A stretch of 64,000 nt of DNA from Octopus vulgaris (Eukaryota), in the NCBI GenBank assembly GCA_951406725.2, contig OX597820.1, positions 52,328,001 through 52,392,000 of the forward strand, given 5' to 3'. The notes under the pieces are model-generated. The model was not told the origin of the DNA and ran no database searches. It saw only the letters and a program-made list of their open reading frames with translations. The translations under genes were made by a program, and so were the position numbers. How positions within the stretch are numbered: position 1 is the first letter of the stretch; each line of letters begins with the position of its first letter. Shown here one piece after another: positions 37,355 through 52,084 of the stretch.

Positions 37355-39905
37355 AGTTAATATATAAATATGTGCATATATATATATATATACATGGTTA
37401 CACATACATTCACACTCACAAGTGTACACACATGGCCACATTCTGAAACAAGTAAAAACAAATGCATATACAGAGAGAGAGGAAAAGAGACGGATAGATA
37501 GAAGGATAGATAGATAGAGATAGAGAGAGAGAAAGAGAGAGAGTCAACATATGAGATCCAGGGATGCTCGATATAGAAAACACTTAACTCTCAAACGATT
37601 TTAACTTACACTCCGAAATCGTTACTGATTTGTGCGTATATAAACGTTATGTATGCACACATCTAATTAGGCAGATATATAGAAAAAACATTCCTGAGTA
37701 TACATTCATATCCACCGTATATACAACTATAGCTACATTTTTTCTTGAGAAGTGAACTGACTTCGGAAAATTCATACACGTGGGGCATATATTTTCGTTT
37801 GTGTCCGCAAAGTTTAATGTCTGTTTATGCACGATGTGCCTCGGTGTTTAAGAAAGTCACAGATTGAAAGTTGCATATTGAATGACAATATGTGACTAGG
37901 ATATGAAGTAGAAGAAATATATATAGAGAGAATTATAACAGACATATAGTGGTGTTGTTTCTATCCTGTGAAATCAAAATATGAATTAATCCGAAGCTTC
38001 ATATTATTTACACAATGATATCACTTGAAAATAGTTTCTCTCTGTTGAAGTTTATATGTAAATATTTTCTTTTAACTAACCGTGATATTGCGCTCAACAT
38101 AAGTGTGAATTCCGACATTTATTATTTTGGCATTTAATTCTTCTATTATGTTCATTTTTATAAACATTACTATAAACGCGCTGCAGCAAATGTCAAAATA
38201 GAATAATATAAGTGGAATGAATCTGTGAGATTTTATATTTAATATTTAGAAATGTTTGTTTTGTTCAACTTCTTACCTTACTGTGTCGAAAATATACAAC
38301 GTGAGTCAAGTACTAGGTTCAATATAATTTGCTATACCCTTTCCTAAAGTGTGTGGTTTTCTACTAACTAAGTACTTCAATATAATAAATCTGTATTTTC
38401 GTTGTTAGAAGTGTGTATAAAGAAACAATGTTCAAATTCAACCAGTGTCTGCTTTCAATCATTCCGAAGAAATAAAATTCCTGTCAAGTACTATAGTCAA
38501 TTTAATCGTCCATAGCATGCTGAAACTGTCTGTCGTTGCTCCAATTTTAGAATTTCATATTTATTTACTGGTGTGGATAGTAGAATTGCAGAACTAGTTG
38601 AGAGTAATTATAATTGGCTTGCAGTATTTAGTTTTATGTTCTTATGTTTTGATTTGAAATGCTCCTGGGGTTAGCTTTGATTTTCATCTATCATCTTTTG
38701 ATAAATTTGGTAACGCTTCATTACTGGGATTCATTAATTCTGTTATAAACCGCATGAAAAACTGATGAATTATTGACTGAAAGTTTCATGTGGTCTCTCT
38801 GTAATGACCTTTTAATCAATATACATTAGACATTCTAAGTATTATAATTTTCATCCCGAAACATCTCAGAAAATTTCAGAAGAATCGTGAATAAGTTTAT
38901 ATTTTTGAAGTTGAAACAAAATGTATATTGCAGAAATGTTCCTGCCATTTTGTACAGCTTGATCTCAGTGCGGTGTTTCGGATTTTACGAAGTGAATATT
39001 ACATAGATTTTAATCACACGTCTATAGAGGGAACTAAATCTCTATCTAATGATGTGGAAAAACATTAAAATGTAGAAACGATATTTCTCTAGTTACATTA
39101 CTATGTTCAAATGTTGATGTTATTATTCTCTTGTTGAAAGAAAAATCGATAAAAAGTAATTTCGCTGTTGAAGCATTTCAGTTGGAATGCTTTCTACGTA
39201 TATTAGCTGTTAAAAGTCATTTGTTTCTTCTGATTTTTAACTTATCTGAAAGCAATTAAAGAAAGGACTGTAAAGTTTTCGTGGATATGTCAAAAGTGTA
39301 TCCTAAGAACAATTCTCCAACGTAGCGAATCGGCATTTGAAATCATTAATAACTCAAGCAGCATTCTTTTTCTCATTCTTTTAAAGTTTATGCTATTATA
39401 TGTGATGGATGTTAAGTCTTTATAGTTCTGAAGAATATTTGTCATATCTAATTCGACGAACGTCCATTAATATAACAAGAGATTTTTCATCCACTTTTAT
39501 TTGATTTGGTAATACACTTATGAAATACTAGAGAGATGTTGATGAAACAATAGACAAAAGCTAAGGGCTCCATACACAAGAACTGCAGCATATTATCGCT
39601 GAACCAAACCAATTAATAGTTCCCTGTGCCCCACTCATATGTAATAGATACATGTGGATAAATACAAGCAGTGTCAAATTGATAAGTATATTATGATCAT
39701 TCCATTCCGATTTAAAATCGTTTCATGGGTATTTACTGCAAATGCTTGTATTACACCACACTGCCTCTTCAAGATATTCTACGAACAGAATGGTATCTGT
39801 GAAGACAATGTAACAGATGTGGGAACCACCATATTATTATATATTTCCTGTTTCGTTGCTGTTGTATTTCTTCTTCTTCGTCTTATTATTATTATTATTA
39901 TTACT

Positions 39906-40451
39906 GAGTGAGAGAGTAGTGCATGCCATCAAAGTGACACTGGGGTAAAATATACGAAGCTCAGTATACCCATCATGACTACTCGTCTGATAAGGGTACA
40001 CTAGGCACATGCATCACAACCATATGTGCGCGACATGGTGAACTCATATCAAAATAAACAGCGCATGACCTTGTAGGTTGAGACCAGTTAGAATTTTCTT
40101 CTGGTCAAGTAACCCATCCCACTCAAAAGGTTCCTGAATAAGGATTGTTTAAGGATGTTGAACAAACCATCCATTTTTCCAAAGGTGAATTATCCAAGAA
40201 TTCCTTTCAATACACGTCTATGATGCTCCCCTACTACTTCTGCTCATGATCAGAGATGCACATATCGTCAGCCACTTAGGGACATGCTCAACTGCTTATG
40301 GTCAAACAACTGACAAGCAAATATGTGGTGTTGAGCAGAATATTTGCTGTAGCCCATCTTTTATACCAAGACAAAACAATGTTCATGATAACACTTACAA
40401 TCATTTAAGATCAGAAGCCATGAGAGCCACTGTCTAGTAGTGCATCAGAGC
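39906..40451 (-). mobile_element. ~550-bp (TAA)n-embedded element, copy 2
   Basis: GAGTGAGAGAGTAGTGCATGCCATCAAAG...GAGAGCCACTGTCTAGTAGTGCATCAGAGC between (TTA)n tracts. Confidence 0.85.
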
Positions 40452-40547
40452 ATTATTATTATTATTATCATTATTATTATCATTATTGTTATTGCTGTTG
40501 TTGTTGTTATTATTACCACCACCACCATTACTACTACTGCTACTATT

Positions 40548-41092
40548 GAGTGACAGAACAGCAAATGCCATCAAAATGACCCTGGGGTAAAAGATGCGAA
40601 GCCCAGTATATCCATCATGACTACCCGTGTGATAAGCGTACACGAGGCTCATGCTTCACAACCATACGTGCGTGACATGGTGATCTCGTCTCAAGATAAT
40701 CAGCACCTGATCTCGCAGGTGGGGTCCAGTTAGAATTTTCTTCAGGTGAGTAGCTATTCTGGCTCAAAAGGTCCCTGAATAAGGTTTGTTTAACAATCTT
40801 GAACAAAACAAATATATTTCCAGAGGTGGATTATTCAAACCCCCAAGAAATTCCTCACAACACATGGCTATGATGCTCCCCTACTATTTCTGCTCATGAT
40901 CACATATTGTCAGCCACCAAGGGGCATGCTCAACTGGCTATAGTCAAACAACGGATGAGCAAACGTGTAGTATTGACCAGAATATTTGTTGTAGCCCATA
41001 TTTTATAACAAGGCCATACAATGTACATGATAACACTTCCAATCAGCTGAGATCACAGCCAGGAGAGCCAGTGCCTGGCACTGCATTAGGGC
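40548..41092 (-). mobile_element. ~550-bp (TAA)n-embedded element, copy 3 (tandem with copy 2)
   Basis: Same termini, more diverged; separated from copy 2 by a ~95-bp TTA-like tract. Confidence 0.85.
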
Positions 41093-41114
41093 TTTATTAT
41101 TTTTGTTACCGTTA

Positions 41115-41270
41115 GGGCGGCGAAGTGGCAAAATCGTTAGCACGCTGGACGAGTATTCCGCCCTTCGCTACGTTCTGAGTTCAAATCCCGCCGAGGTAAA
41201 CATTTTGTCTTATCCTTTCGGGGTCGATAAATTAAGTACCAGGTGAACACTGTAGTCGATCTAATCGAAA
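41115..41270 (+). mobile_element. Nin/Deu SINE
   Basis: GGCGGCGAAGTGGCAAAATCGTTAGCACG...GAGTTCAAATCCCGCCGAGG...ATCCTTTCGGGGTCGATAAATTAAGTACCAG. Confidence 0.8.
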
Positions 41271-41280
41271 CATCTCATAC

Positions 41281-41850
41281 ATTACTGTCCCAGTTTTAGT
41301 TTGTATTTCGGTTGTTTTACAGCTTTTGTTCTTTCTTCTTTTTCTTCATAACTCTTAGTTATTTTCTTTTGTTTGTATTTGTCAGGTTCCTTAATGATGG
41401 AAATCAGTTTTTTTGTTTTGTTTGTGTTTTGTAGCTATTTGTCTTAGTTTTCCTTTCGCCTGAAGTAGATATTTCGGTAATCCTATGGCGGTTATTTTGA
41501 AATAGTTTTCTAGCCGTATAAGGCCTCTACCACCTTCGATACGTTTTATATATAGCCTTTCTCTGTCAGATTTAGGATGGTGCATCCTAAATCCAATTAT
41601 TATTTTTTTTTGTTTTCCTGTCTATTTTGATTTGTTCATTTAGAGTCCAATTAAGAATATTGTAGGTGTAACTTATAACTGGGACGGTTAGTGTGTTGAT
41701 GCCTATAATCTTGTTTTTCGCATTGAGCGCTGTTTTTAGTATTAATCTAAGTAGTGTATAGTATTTCTTTCTTATGTTCTCTTTCATTTATGTGTCTTAT
41801 ATCTAGTTCATTGATTCCTAATTTTTTGTATGTCTGGCTTTGGTCTAATT
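41281..41850 (-). mobile_element. Internal Dong/R4 fragment related to the 5.8-8.4 kb element
   Basis: ORFs LILKTALNAKNKIIGINTL and MHHPKSDRERLYIKRIEGGRGLIRLE match positions ~6960-7550. Confidence 0.88.
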
Positions 41851-41879
41851 ATCTCTTGTTATTTGCTTTATCTTTCTGT

Positions 41880-42085
41880 TTCTTTCCACCACCTCATCAC
41901 CGCTTGGCAACAGATGTGGGTGTCGTTATGTCCCCGTAACTTAGCGGTTCGCTAAAGAAACCGATAGAATAAGTATTAGGTTTTAAAAAATGTGTCCTAG
42001 ACTCGCTTTCCTCGACTAAAACACTTCGAGGCGGTGCTCCAGCATGACCACGGTGAAATGACCGAAACAAGTGAAAGAATAAAAG
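41880..42085 (+). mobile_element. CORE-like SINE 3' half
   Basis: GTCCCCGTAACTTAGCGGTTCG...ACCGATAGAATAAGTA...GGCGGTGCTCCAGCATG. Confidence 0.75.
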
Positions 42086-43350
42086 TATGATAATTTAATT
42101 TCGAACTTGCTGCAGTAACTCGCCCCTTCTCTCTTTTTCTCTCTTTCTCTCTCTCACGCACACAGGCACACACACATGTATACATAATGAAAAAGAGATA
42201 GGGAGAGAAAAGGAGAAAGACAGAGAGACAGATGGTACATCTTCAATCACATATTTCTGTCTTAAAAAATGAAGGACAAATTAGGTAAAGATCAAATAAC
42301 ATTTGTCTCATGCATCATAAACATTCATTTGACATACTGGCGATAATTTCGGAAACTGAATTTGAAGTGACTCCGGCCACAAAGTAAAGACAGACAAAAT
42401 AAAATGCCAGTATGCACCTTCTGTGGCTTGACAGTGTTTCTGGCAGCTCGCTTCTTCGTTGCTCTCATGCGTTGCGGAGGTGTACACTTGTTTGTCCGAT
42501 CACTTCTTATCTCCCTTTCTCTTTCCGTCACTGACTCTCCTATTTTCTCACTGTCTCAGCCTTTGTTGCGTCTATATGTATATATGAGCGTTTATATTTC
42601 TGTGAGTATATGTGTGTATATGTACCTGTGAGTATACATATGTGTGGATATACTGTTATATCATAAGAAGTCGCACGATCAAAAGAGAGAAAAGAATGCA
42701 CCTAATATTGTTGACCTTCGTCCTATTTGTATTAAACAGAAAATTCCGCTATTATTTCGAGTCTCATGTTACTTATCACAACAGTGAGCGTAGAAGAAGG
42801 AAATGCGAAATTGTTTGAATACAATCTTTGTATTTGGTATTACACCAACAGTTTCTATGTATTTCGTATACGAGCGACTGCATGTTTAATACACATGTGT
42901 CTAGCATATGCATATAGAGTCACGGGGAAATATGTTTGAGAAATCGGAATTGACATGAGGGTGAAACAATGTTCAATGACCTACTCTATTCGAGTCAGCT
43001 AGGATTTTGAGATTGCCGCGTGTGCGTTGAATGAATTCTACGGTAAGTTAACAGCCATGTACCAAGGCTTATAAGCTGTGGAAAGCGCGCCTGTGAGACT
43101 TACGACAACAGGTTGCTATCCACTCCCACAAATTCAACAAGAACAAGTAATAATGGTTTCAAATATTTGCACAAGGGTACGAAGTTCGGAGGAGGTACGA
43201 AAGTTGAGTAAATGGTAATTATTTTATATAAACCCGACAAGTAAGGTCGACTTCGGCGACAAATTAAAGACAGACAAAATATAATAACAGTAAGCACCTT
43301 CTGTGGTGTGACAGTGTTTTTACCAGCTCGCTCCTTCGCTATTCTACCAG

Positions 43351-43462
<112 letters not shown>

Positions 43463-43810
43463 CCTTTCAACTATAGGCACAGGAGATGATGATAGTCGAC
43501 TATATCGACTCCAGTCTTTCATTAGTACTTAATTTATCGTCCCAAAATGGATGAAAGGCAAAGTCGACCTCGGCGGAATTTGAACACAGACGAAATACCT
43601 ATTTCTTTACTACCCACAAGAGGCTAAATGCAGAGAGGACAAACAAGGACACACAGACGGATTAAGTCGATTACTCGACTCCAGTACGTAACTGGTACTT
43701 AATTTATCGACCCCGAAATGATGAAAGGCAAAGTCGACCTCGGCGGAATTTGAACTCAGAATGTAACGGCAGACGAAATACCGCTAAGCATTTCGCCTGG
43801 CGTACTAACG
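43463..43810 (-). mobile_element. Dimeric Nin/Deu SINE
   Basis: GATGAAAGGCAAAGTCGACCTCGGCGGAATTTGAAC occurs at ~43550 and ~43720. Confidence 0.85.
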
Positions 43811-45860
43811 ATAAGGGTAAGGACATAATCTTACTTGACAAAACTTCATTTCGACATATTCATCTCACATCATAAAAAAAAGCGTAAAATATTAATGTAT
43901 TTAAGCAGTAACACTCCATTGTTTGTCGCCAAATAAACTCCTGACTATTATATTACTTATAATGGATTTATATTGCTAACAATACTATTATAAATACAAG
44001 AAAACTTATTTGGGGGCCGTATATGAGCGTGGATGTGAATAAAAGGTTTCATAAATATCTCAATGTGACGCTTACACAAAAAACCGGCATAATAAAATTG
44101 TTGGCATGCTTAGTGTAACCTTAAATCCAGTACTAACGGGTCAAAGTGCGAGGAACATTTCTACTTGCTAGTAAAGGTTTCTGCTTTCTATTCATCATTT
44201 CATTATTGACTATAACGAAATACGACGCTATTGTTGATTATAAATAAGGGAGCAGGAAATTAGGTTTTGTGGAAAACTTCTCTAGACTAATGTTAATAAT
44301 GTTGTTATTGCTGGTGTCACATATTCTTTTCATGCTGTTGTAGACATCTTATTTGGAACTTATGACGACTTTACTTGTTGGTGTCTTTGTTAAACACGAC
44401 AGAAAATTTACGTGTATGCATGTTTATATATATATATGTGTGTATGTGTGTGTCTGCAAGCACGTATACATATATTTACTTTTACACGCGCTTATAGATA
44501 GATAGATAAATAGATAGACAGATAGAGAGATAGAGGGACAGGCAAGCAGACAGACATACATACATACATACATACATACATACATACATACATACATACA
44601 TACATACAGACATACAGATGAAATCTGAATTTTGTGGAACAAATGCAAGAGCAGTGCTCAATACATGTATTAGATGCTATGATTCATTGACTCGCGCGTC
44701 GAGGTCATGCAGCACTGATACGCAGGTGAAAACATATGTTTGTGTGTGTGTGCGTGCGCGCGCGTGTGAGTGTGTGTATGTGCTAATATATATAGAGGGC
44801 AAACATAGCATTGCCACGAACAACCTCTTTCTTCCGGAACACGAATTGCATAGAGAGAATGTATCGGCATTAATATCTCGTTGACATCGAGGTTTCATTT
44901 CATTTAAATTCATATCACATCTTCTGAATTGCAGTCTCTTATGACTGAATTGGATATTGCTTAATTAATGGCAATCTATCAGGGGCACAAGTATACAAGT
45001 GACTTTATTCACTACTGGGCTATCCTGATTTATAACTGTTTTATTTAGAGTCTAAACGCCAAGTCCTTTTGATTGGGGGGAATAAATTCTGGCATTTTTA
45101 CCCTAAGGAGCACTCATTCAACGATTAAACAGTCTTTCAAGGGACTACCACTCATACTTCCACTAGTTCATCCACAACGATACTTCGATTTATTTCATGA
45201 CTTCTGAATCACGATATGTTGAGCATAAAATACGCGCGCGCACGAGTGTGTGAGTGCGCGCGCGCTTCTCTGTCCTGAATACAACCACATCGTATCGGCC
45301 AATAGACGTCGCTATTAAAACGAAGGACATGTGGTGCTTGTATGCTGGTCGCGAGGTTTATTTCATGAGAACGAAGTTTTCGTACGATTAATTTCACTAT
45401 CAATCGGGATTATTAGTAAGACTAGAGTAAGTTGCGTTTAGATAATATTATTCATGGATGTATAGATAATCACATCAAGTAAGTAAAACTGAGGAAATGA
45501 TCCTCATGAAACTAACAAAATGGCTTTGTATGCAAGTGTGTGTGTGTGTAAGTATGTGTATGTGTGTGAGAGAGAGAGAGTGTGTTTGTGTGCGTGTGTG
45601 TGTGTGTGTGAGAGAGAGAGAGTATGTCTGCGTATGTGTTTGTGTGTGCGTACGTGCGTGTAAAAAGAGTATAGCGAGAGTACAAGTTTATACTAACAGA
45701 ATGACTTAATCATATATAGAATTAAGGATCCTTCGATTTCTACTGTACAGGCATAAAAGTATGGTGAAGAATATACTTTTGTAAGCGCCTGGTTTAGGTA
45801 CAATCTCAGTGCGCGTCAGAGTGAGCCGTGTCTTAAAGTATACATACATACATACATACA

Positions 45861-45895
<35 letters not shown>

Positions 45896-46460
45896 GTATA
45901 TACTTGTATTATATAGAGGACGTTACAACACGCTAAGAGGGACTCTTAAAGTCAAAACTACCAAAATAAATAAACACATTGTACCGAATGCGAGGGAATG
46001 CAAATCTCCAAGCAAGCCTTTTAAAAACAGAATTCAGCTGCAAATCACAGGATTTCATAATTAGTGCAGAAATACACTTTTTAATGTTCAGTGCAAGCAG
46101 AATTCAAGATTTATAACGAATGAACAAAAATCAACATACCAGTGGAACACCCAATGCATCCAGCATAGCATATAGAATTGTTCATCCTTTATACATCATT
46201 GAAAAAGGCGGGCTTTTTTTCGAATTGCATCTCGGTACAACGTGTTTATTCAGAATAAAAATTCAGTATTGAATATACTCCGGTTAAATTTACAATTGAA
46301 AAATCGGATAACATCTTTATAAGAAATTATCAAGTAGTTAGCGTGAAAAACTTCATAAGAGAAAAATCCATCAATTTTTCTCTTAAATATATTTATTTAT
46401 ATTATATAGAGGGCATTACTATACATAAATTCTTATAAAGATTTTATCCTATTTTTAAAT

Positions 46461-46524
<64 letters not shown>

Positions 46525-47130
46525 CCGCGCACTGAGACTGAACCCGAAACCAGGCGCTTACAAAAGGATTTTCTTCATCATACTTTGATCATAAAAGCAT
46601 TAAAAATCCAGGCAAATAATTTCTAAGTGCTCAGCACGGACCGATCTTAGTTACCTGTATTGTCAAGTCAAAGAGAATATAATCCACGTTGGCCGTAACA
46701 TATTTTTCTGTTGCCTATCCAATTTGTAAATACAAAGTTAGTACATTTAATTTGTCCTTGCTTTAATCACCTTACACGCGTTTCGGATAAGTTAGTAACT
46801 TCCAGAATTCTGCGATTCTGTCATCATACATATTAACCGTTCTCATATTTGATCGGCTACAATTCCAATGAAATAGAGAAATTTTGCACTATTCTGTCCT
46901 TATCAAAGCTATATGAAACTGCTTGTAAAACTAATAATATTTGACCAGTGAAAGAACACAGAATTACATGGGAATAATATATATATATATATCAGATCAT
47001 GCTAGAAGTGTAATAAGGCACTCAGTTTCTTCAATCTCTTTCGTCAACTGGAAAAAAGATTCTGGTAAGATACCTACCCTCTTTAAACTATTACCGATCA
47101 GTTCAAGTACGCAAAGAACCAACTTTATAA

Positions 47131-47191
<61 letters not shown>

Positions 47192-48344
47192 TGTGTGTGT
47201 GTGTGTGTATGTCCAAGTGTGTGCACGTATATGTGTATGTATGTATGTAGGTTTGAGCGTATTTTTCTGCTTCTTTGTCACCTTCAACCGCTTCACCACG
47301 GGTATTGTTTTGTCTCCTTCTCTATTAACTAAAAAGTATGTCGATGAGTGCGCCCCTATATCCTTTATTTTACTCCAGGATAACTGCAATAGTGACTGAA
47401 ACATTAAAAAACTAAAAGAACGTAAATATATTGTGAGATGTATTATTCCATAGATTTACAATTTACATGTGTCTGAGAAACTACCCTCCTACAGTTATAT
47501 ATACATCAAATTATTTCGAAATTAGTGATGGTGAATACATATTTAATTTCAACGAAGTTTCAGTGAATTTTGATATGTAAGTTAACTGAAAATGTCGACA
47601 GTCTTAAATGATGGCTTGGAGGAAACAATGACTGGGTTTAAAACAGTATAGATGTAGATATATGCCTTCTGAAAAGGGTGTTTAGTCCGAACTTGGGAAG
47701 TTTAACCATAGATCATAATGGGATAGACAAAGACAAACAGCCCTAGAAAACCATTTAGTACGAACTAATATGTTTTAGCGGGCAAAGAGCAAATATTTAT
47801 GCATGATGTAAGTACCACATGCAGCTAGGAGGAACCAAAAAAAAAAAAACTAATTTTAAGAGGTATTTTTTATAAACGAAATATCGAAAAAAATTTCAGA
47901 AAAATACAACACAACATGACATATTGCGTTGGTTTTTTCACTAATAAAGTGTGAAAAATTGCGGAGGGGGTGAGGAATAAATTTACATCTGAATATTCTC
48001 CACTAACATCTTGCATCCCCTTAATCGTCTTATAACAAATGATTTTACTGAGCTGGGGGCATTCTTAAGAATGATGTGTTTTTTTCTGTGGAACAAGCCA
48101 TTGCAACGCTCCTCACACTCACATGTCGCTCAAACAATTTCTCTTAATTTTTCGACTTTTTTTTTTTTTTTGTCAGTCTCTGCTGAATATATTCCTAACC
48201 AACACAAGTCTAGACATGAACGCACCTTCCTCTGCAAATTTCATTTTCTTTTGCTTGTTTTTGTATTTCTCAAACTTATGTAGATGTTTGTCTTCTTCAC
48301 CTCTGTTCAAATTGTGTAACGCCGATTTTCTATTGTGTGTGTGC

Positions 48345-48377
<33 letters not shown>

Positions 48378-48463
48378 CACATATACATATATATAAACAT
48401 ATATATACATATATGTATGCGTGCATATATATATAAATAAATATTTATATTTATATATGTCTG

Positions 48464-48561
<98 letters not shown>

Positions 48562-48864
48562 CACACAACTGTTTTTTGTTCATATATGTTTGTGTGCATG
48601 TTTTTCTACTGTAAATTATAGTGATATTTTTCTTCGTCTATTTGTATTTCTAAAGTTTGCATATGAGTATATGTCTTTATTTCGCTGTGTATGCAGTCGA
48701 AGAATGAATATAAGAAAAAAAGATATAAGAAATTGCCGAAATAGTTGAACACGCACCCATACACACAGAGATGCACACACACAGAAGCACACACATACAC
48801 TAATACACACACCAACAAATACATGTATATATATAGAGAGAGAGAGAGAGGGGGAGAGAGAAAG

Positions 48865-48900
<36 letters not shown>

Positions 48901-48917
48901 GTGAGAGAGAGAGATAG

Positions 48918-49061
<144 letters not shown>

Positions 49062-49429
49062 TGATATTTAGAGAAGTATATTATTGAACATGTAAGGACA
49101 AAATAGTAAAAAATTTGAGATAGAAAGTATATCTTCTCATGTTTGAGTTTTTCTAATGTACATGTATCTGAGCTAAACAAAAAATCCTACTGTGTTCATA
49201 ATGGTGTGCTTGGGGTTACTTTTCTCTTAGTAAGAACTTTTAATCAAGCCCTTATAATAAATGTTTTGTTCAGAGCGAAGAACGAGTAAGAATCTTATTT
49301 CACTCTATGATTTAAATATATTTACTGATAGCCGTTATCCTATAATACTAGCTGTGACAACTGAAACAATTCTGCGTAAGCTGTAGTGTACATAGTTTTC
49401 ACAAGATGATATATAGTATTTTATATTGG

Positions 49430-49700
49430 TGCAGGAGTGGCTGTGTAGTCTTCTACTATAGCCTCGGGCCGACCAAAGCCTTGTGAGTGGATATGGTAGA
49501 CGGAAACTGAAAATCTGTCGTGTATATATTTATATATATATATATATATATATACATATACACGGTTCGGCAAAAAGAGACCGATAGAATAAGTACTAGG
49601 CTTACAAAGAATTAGTCCTGGGGTCAATTTGTTCGACTAAAGGCGGTGCTCCGGCATCGCCGCAGTCAAATAACCGAAACAAGTAAAGAATACAAGAATG
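49430..49700 (+). mobile_element. CORE-like SINE with internal deletions
   Basis: GGAGTGGCTGTGT head fused to TCTTCTACTATAGCCTCGGGCCGACCAAAGCC; standard tail. Confidence 0.8.
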
Positions 49701-52022
49701 AAAGAATAGTTATTAATGTAATCGGCATTTTCGTTGCTCAGGGATAGGATAACAGCCGAAGCAACTGAGTGTATTGCATGTGTAAATGGAACCAGAAATA
49801 ACTATCTTACTATTAGATACACATTCATAAATATATACACTTTTCAGGCCATCATCTGCAGAGAATATCATCACAAATTTTCTACGGAATTCCTCTGCTT
49901 CAGACTGCATTTCTACAATCTTTTGTTTTTAAGTCTGCTCGTTAGTGGATATACTATCACACTGGGATGATGCTATAGAGATTGGTTCTGGGAGCTTCTG
50001 TACAGTGTGTATGTTATTCTTAGGCACGCTATGCATTGAAATTGTTCAGTTAAACAAATGAGTTTATTTTTTCAGGCTATACAAGTCAATTTGCTATGTC
50101 CGTCTGAATTAAACATATCATTTGAATGATAATTGAAACTGTGTAGAAAGTCAACAACTTGTCCCACAATTCAAGTATAAATCAATTAACTGGTGCCTTC
50201 TTATTAAGCAGCATTTCCTTACAATTGGTAACAGTTTCGGCGTCAGTTACAGCATTCTTGCTTCAATTTAGTTACCCATGTCACTTCCCGATTAAAATCT
50301 GTCCTTTCATGACAACCTCTAGGGCAAAATGAATAGGATTTTTATGGGCGTGGCCGCACATATACTAAGAAGATAATTTGTTTAATCATCTTTTAATGAG
50401 CTTGTTCGTTTCAGCATTTTTGTAAAGATACCGAATCTTTCAAATCTGGAGTTTGCATCCGTGATTCATCGTTATTAAATTTTCCCCAATATTTTAAGAA
50501 GAATATCTGTACATTTTTGTTAATTGTCACATGAAACATTTTTGGTATGCAGTGAACTTATTCGCCTTACATTTTCTAATAGTATTTGTCTGCTCAAACC
50601 GATCCTGCTACGCAGAATGTTTTCCTCTGTTATCGTTTCCAACTAGGGTTGCTTACGTTCAGTTGTTTCATTACCGTTTGTTCGGCAAATACCTTCCAGC
50701 TGTTTCTTCGGATTGAAAGCAACCATTTACGTGAATGTATTGATATTCCAATATGTGTTATCATATATTTTTCATATAGCCTCCAGCAATATCATCAATA
50801 ACTTTTATCATGAGTGGTTGCATTAAAATTTTATTTTATACTACTTTCGGCAAAACAGACCTTTTGTTTAACGGTAGTTTCTGGAAGCTGGAAAAATTTG
50901 TTTTCAAACTGTGGTTATAAAATGTATTAAATTTACATATGGAGATGAAGGAGAGGAGAGATGTATAATAGTTGTGCTGGTGATGCTGGCGATGCTGGTG
51001 GTGCTGACATGGACGGTTTGATTACAGTTTTATCCATCCTCATTTTTTCTTTTTGCTGCTTTTGAATATAACCAGAAAATTTGATACCATCAGAAGAAGT
51101 AGGATATCGAGTGCTATCTCTAATAGCTGGTTCTCCGGCTTAAAATGATGATGTTTGCTGTGGGTTACGTTTATGAGGTCTTTGTTGCCTTTATGATTGC
51201 AACAGTTTAAATCTTAATTTAAATTCAAAACTTAAGTGACGTAGGAATAATTTTCTCTTCTTCGATACCTCATATAGGTGATAGAACATCTAGGTATTCG
51301 TATAGGTCGTGTTGATGCTATCAATGCAATCCATGTTTTATGAGCAAAATCTTACAAGGTAGTAAACGTTTTATAAAAATCTTGACTGAATGATGGGTTA
51401 TTGACGAGTAAAATATATTTTCCATTACCCATTGCAAATGAAGGAACTAGTTGCTGATCTACGTTTTGTTACGTCAACGTATTTGACTAAAAAAGAAACG
51501 TTAAGAAACATATTTGAGACGATCGTTTACGACAGTGCCTCTGTTTTTGTCGGCAACCTATATGGTTACAAGCAAATATGTATAAGCAATGGTTTAGAAC
51601 ACTTTTTTACGAAACCACAGCAATGCAGTGGCGGTAAGATTTCTTGTAAATAAGAATAAGGAAAATTCGCATATACTGAATTTGTGTTGCATGCCAGAGT
51701 ATACTTTGTTTTTATTGTACTCGTATTCAGGTGCTTTTTTTTTCTTCCGGAAGTTCCAGACATGTCGTTTTGAGAGTGTAGTGGTAACAACATTTTTCTT
51801 AACGTATTTGAGCTGCCTTATGCGGAAATTTCCTTCGATTGGGTATTACGGAAGAATTTCACTACCAGGTAGAAAATCATATTTATATATGCTCAAATAC
51901 GTACACACTTACACTCTGATGTTCGGTCTTTCTCTGTCTGTCAGTCTCTCTTTCTCTTTATTTCTCTCTTCCACCCTCACTCTCTCTCTCTCTCTCTCTC
52001 TGACACGCACACACGGAGATGC

Positions 52023-52084
<62 letters not shown>

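Noticed and set aside
49700-51300. Possible second decayed PLE/RT on the minus strand
   Set aside because: Only a vague DD-like match (ICDDILC); needs a profile search.
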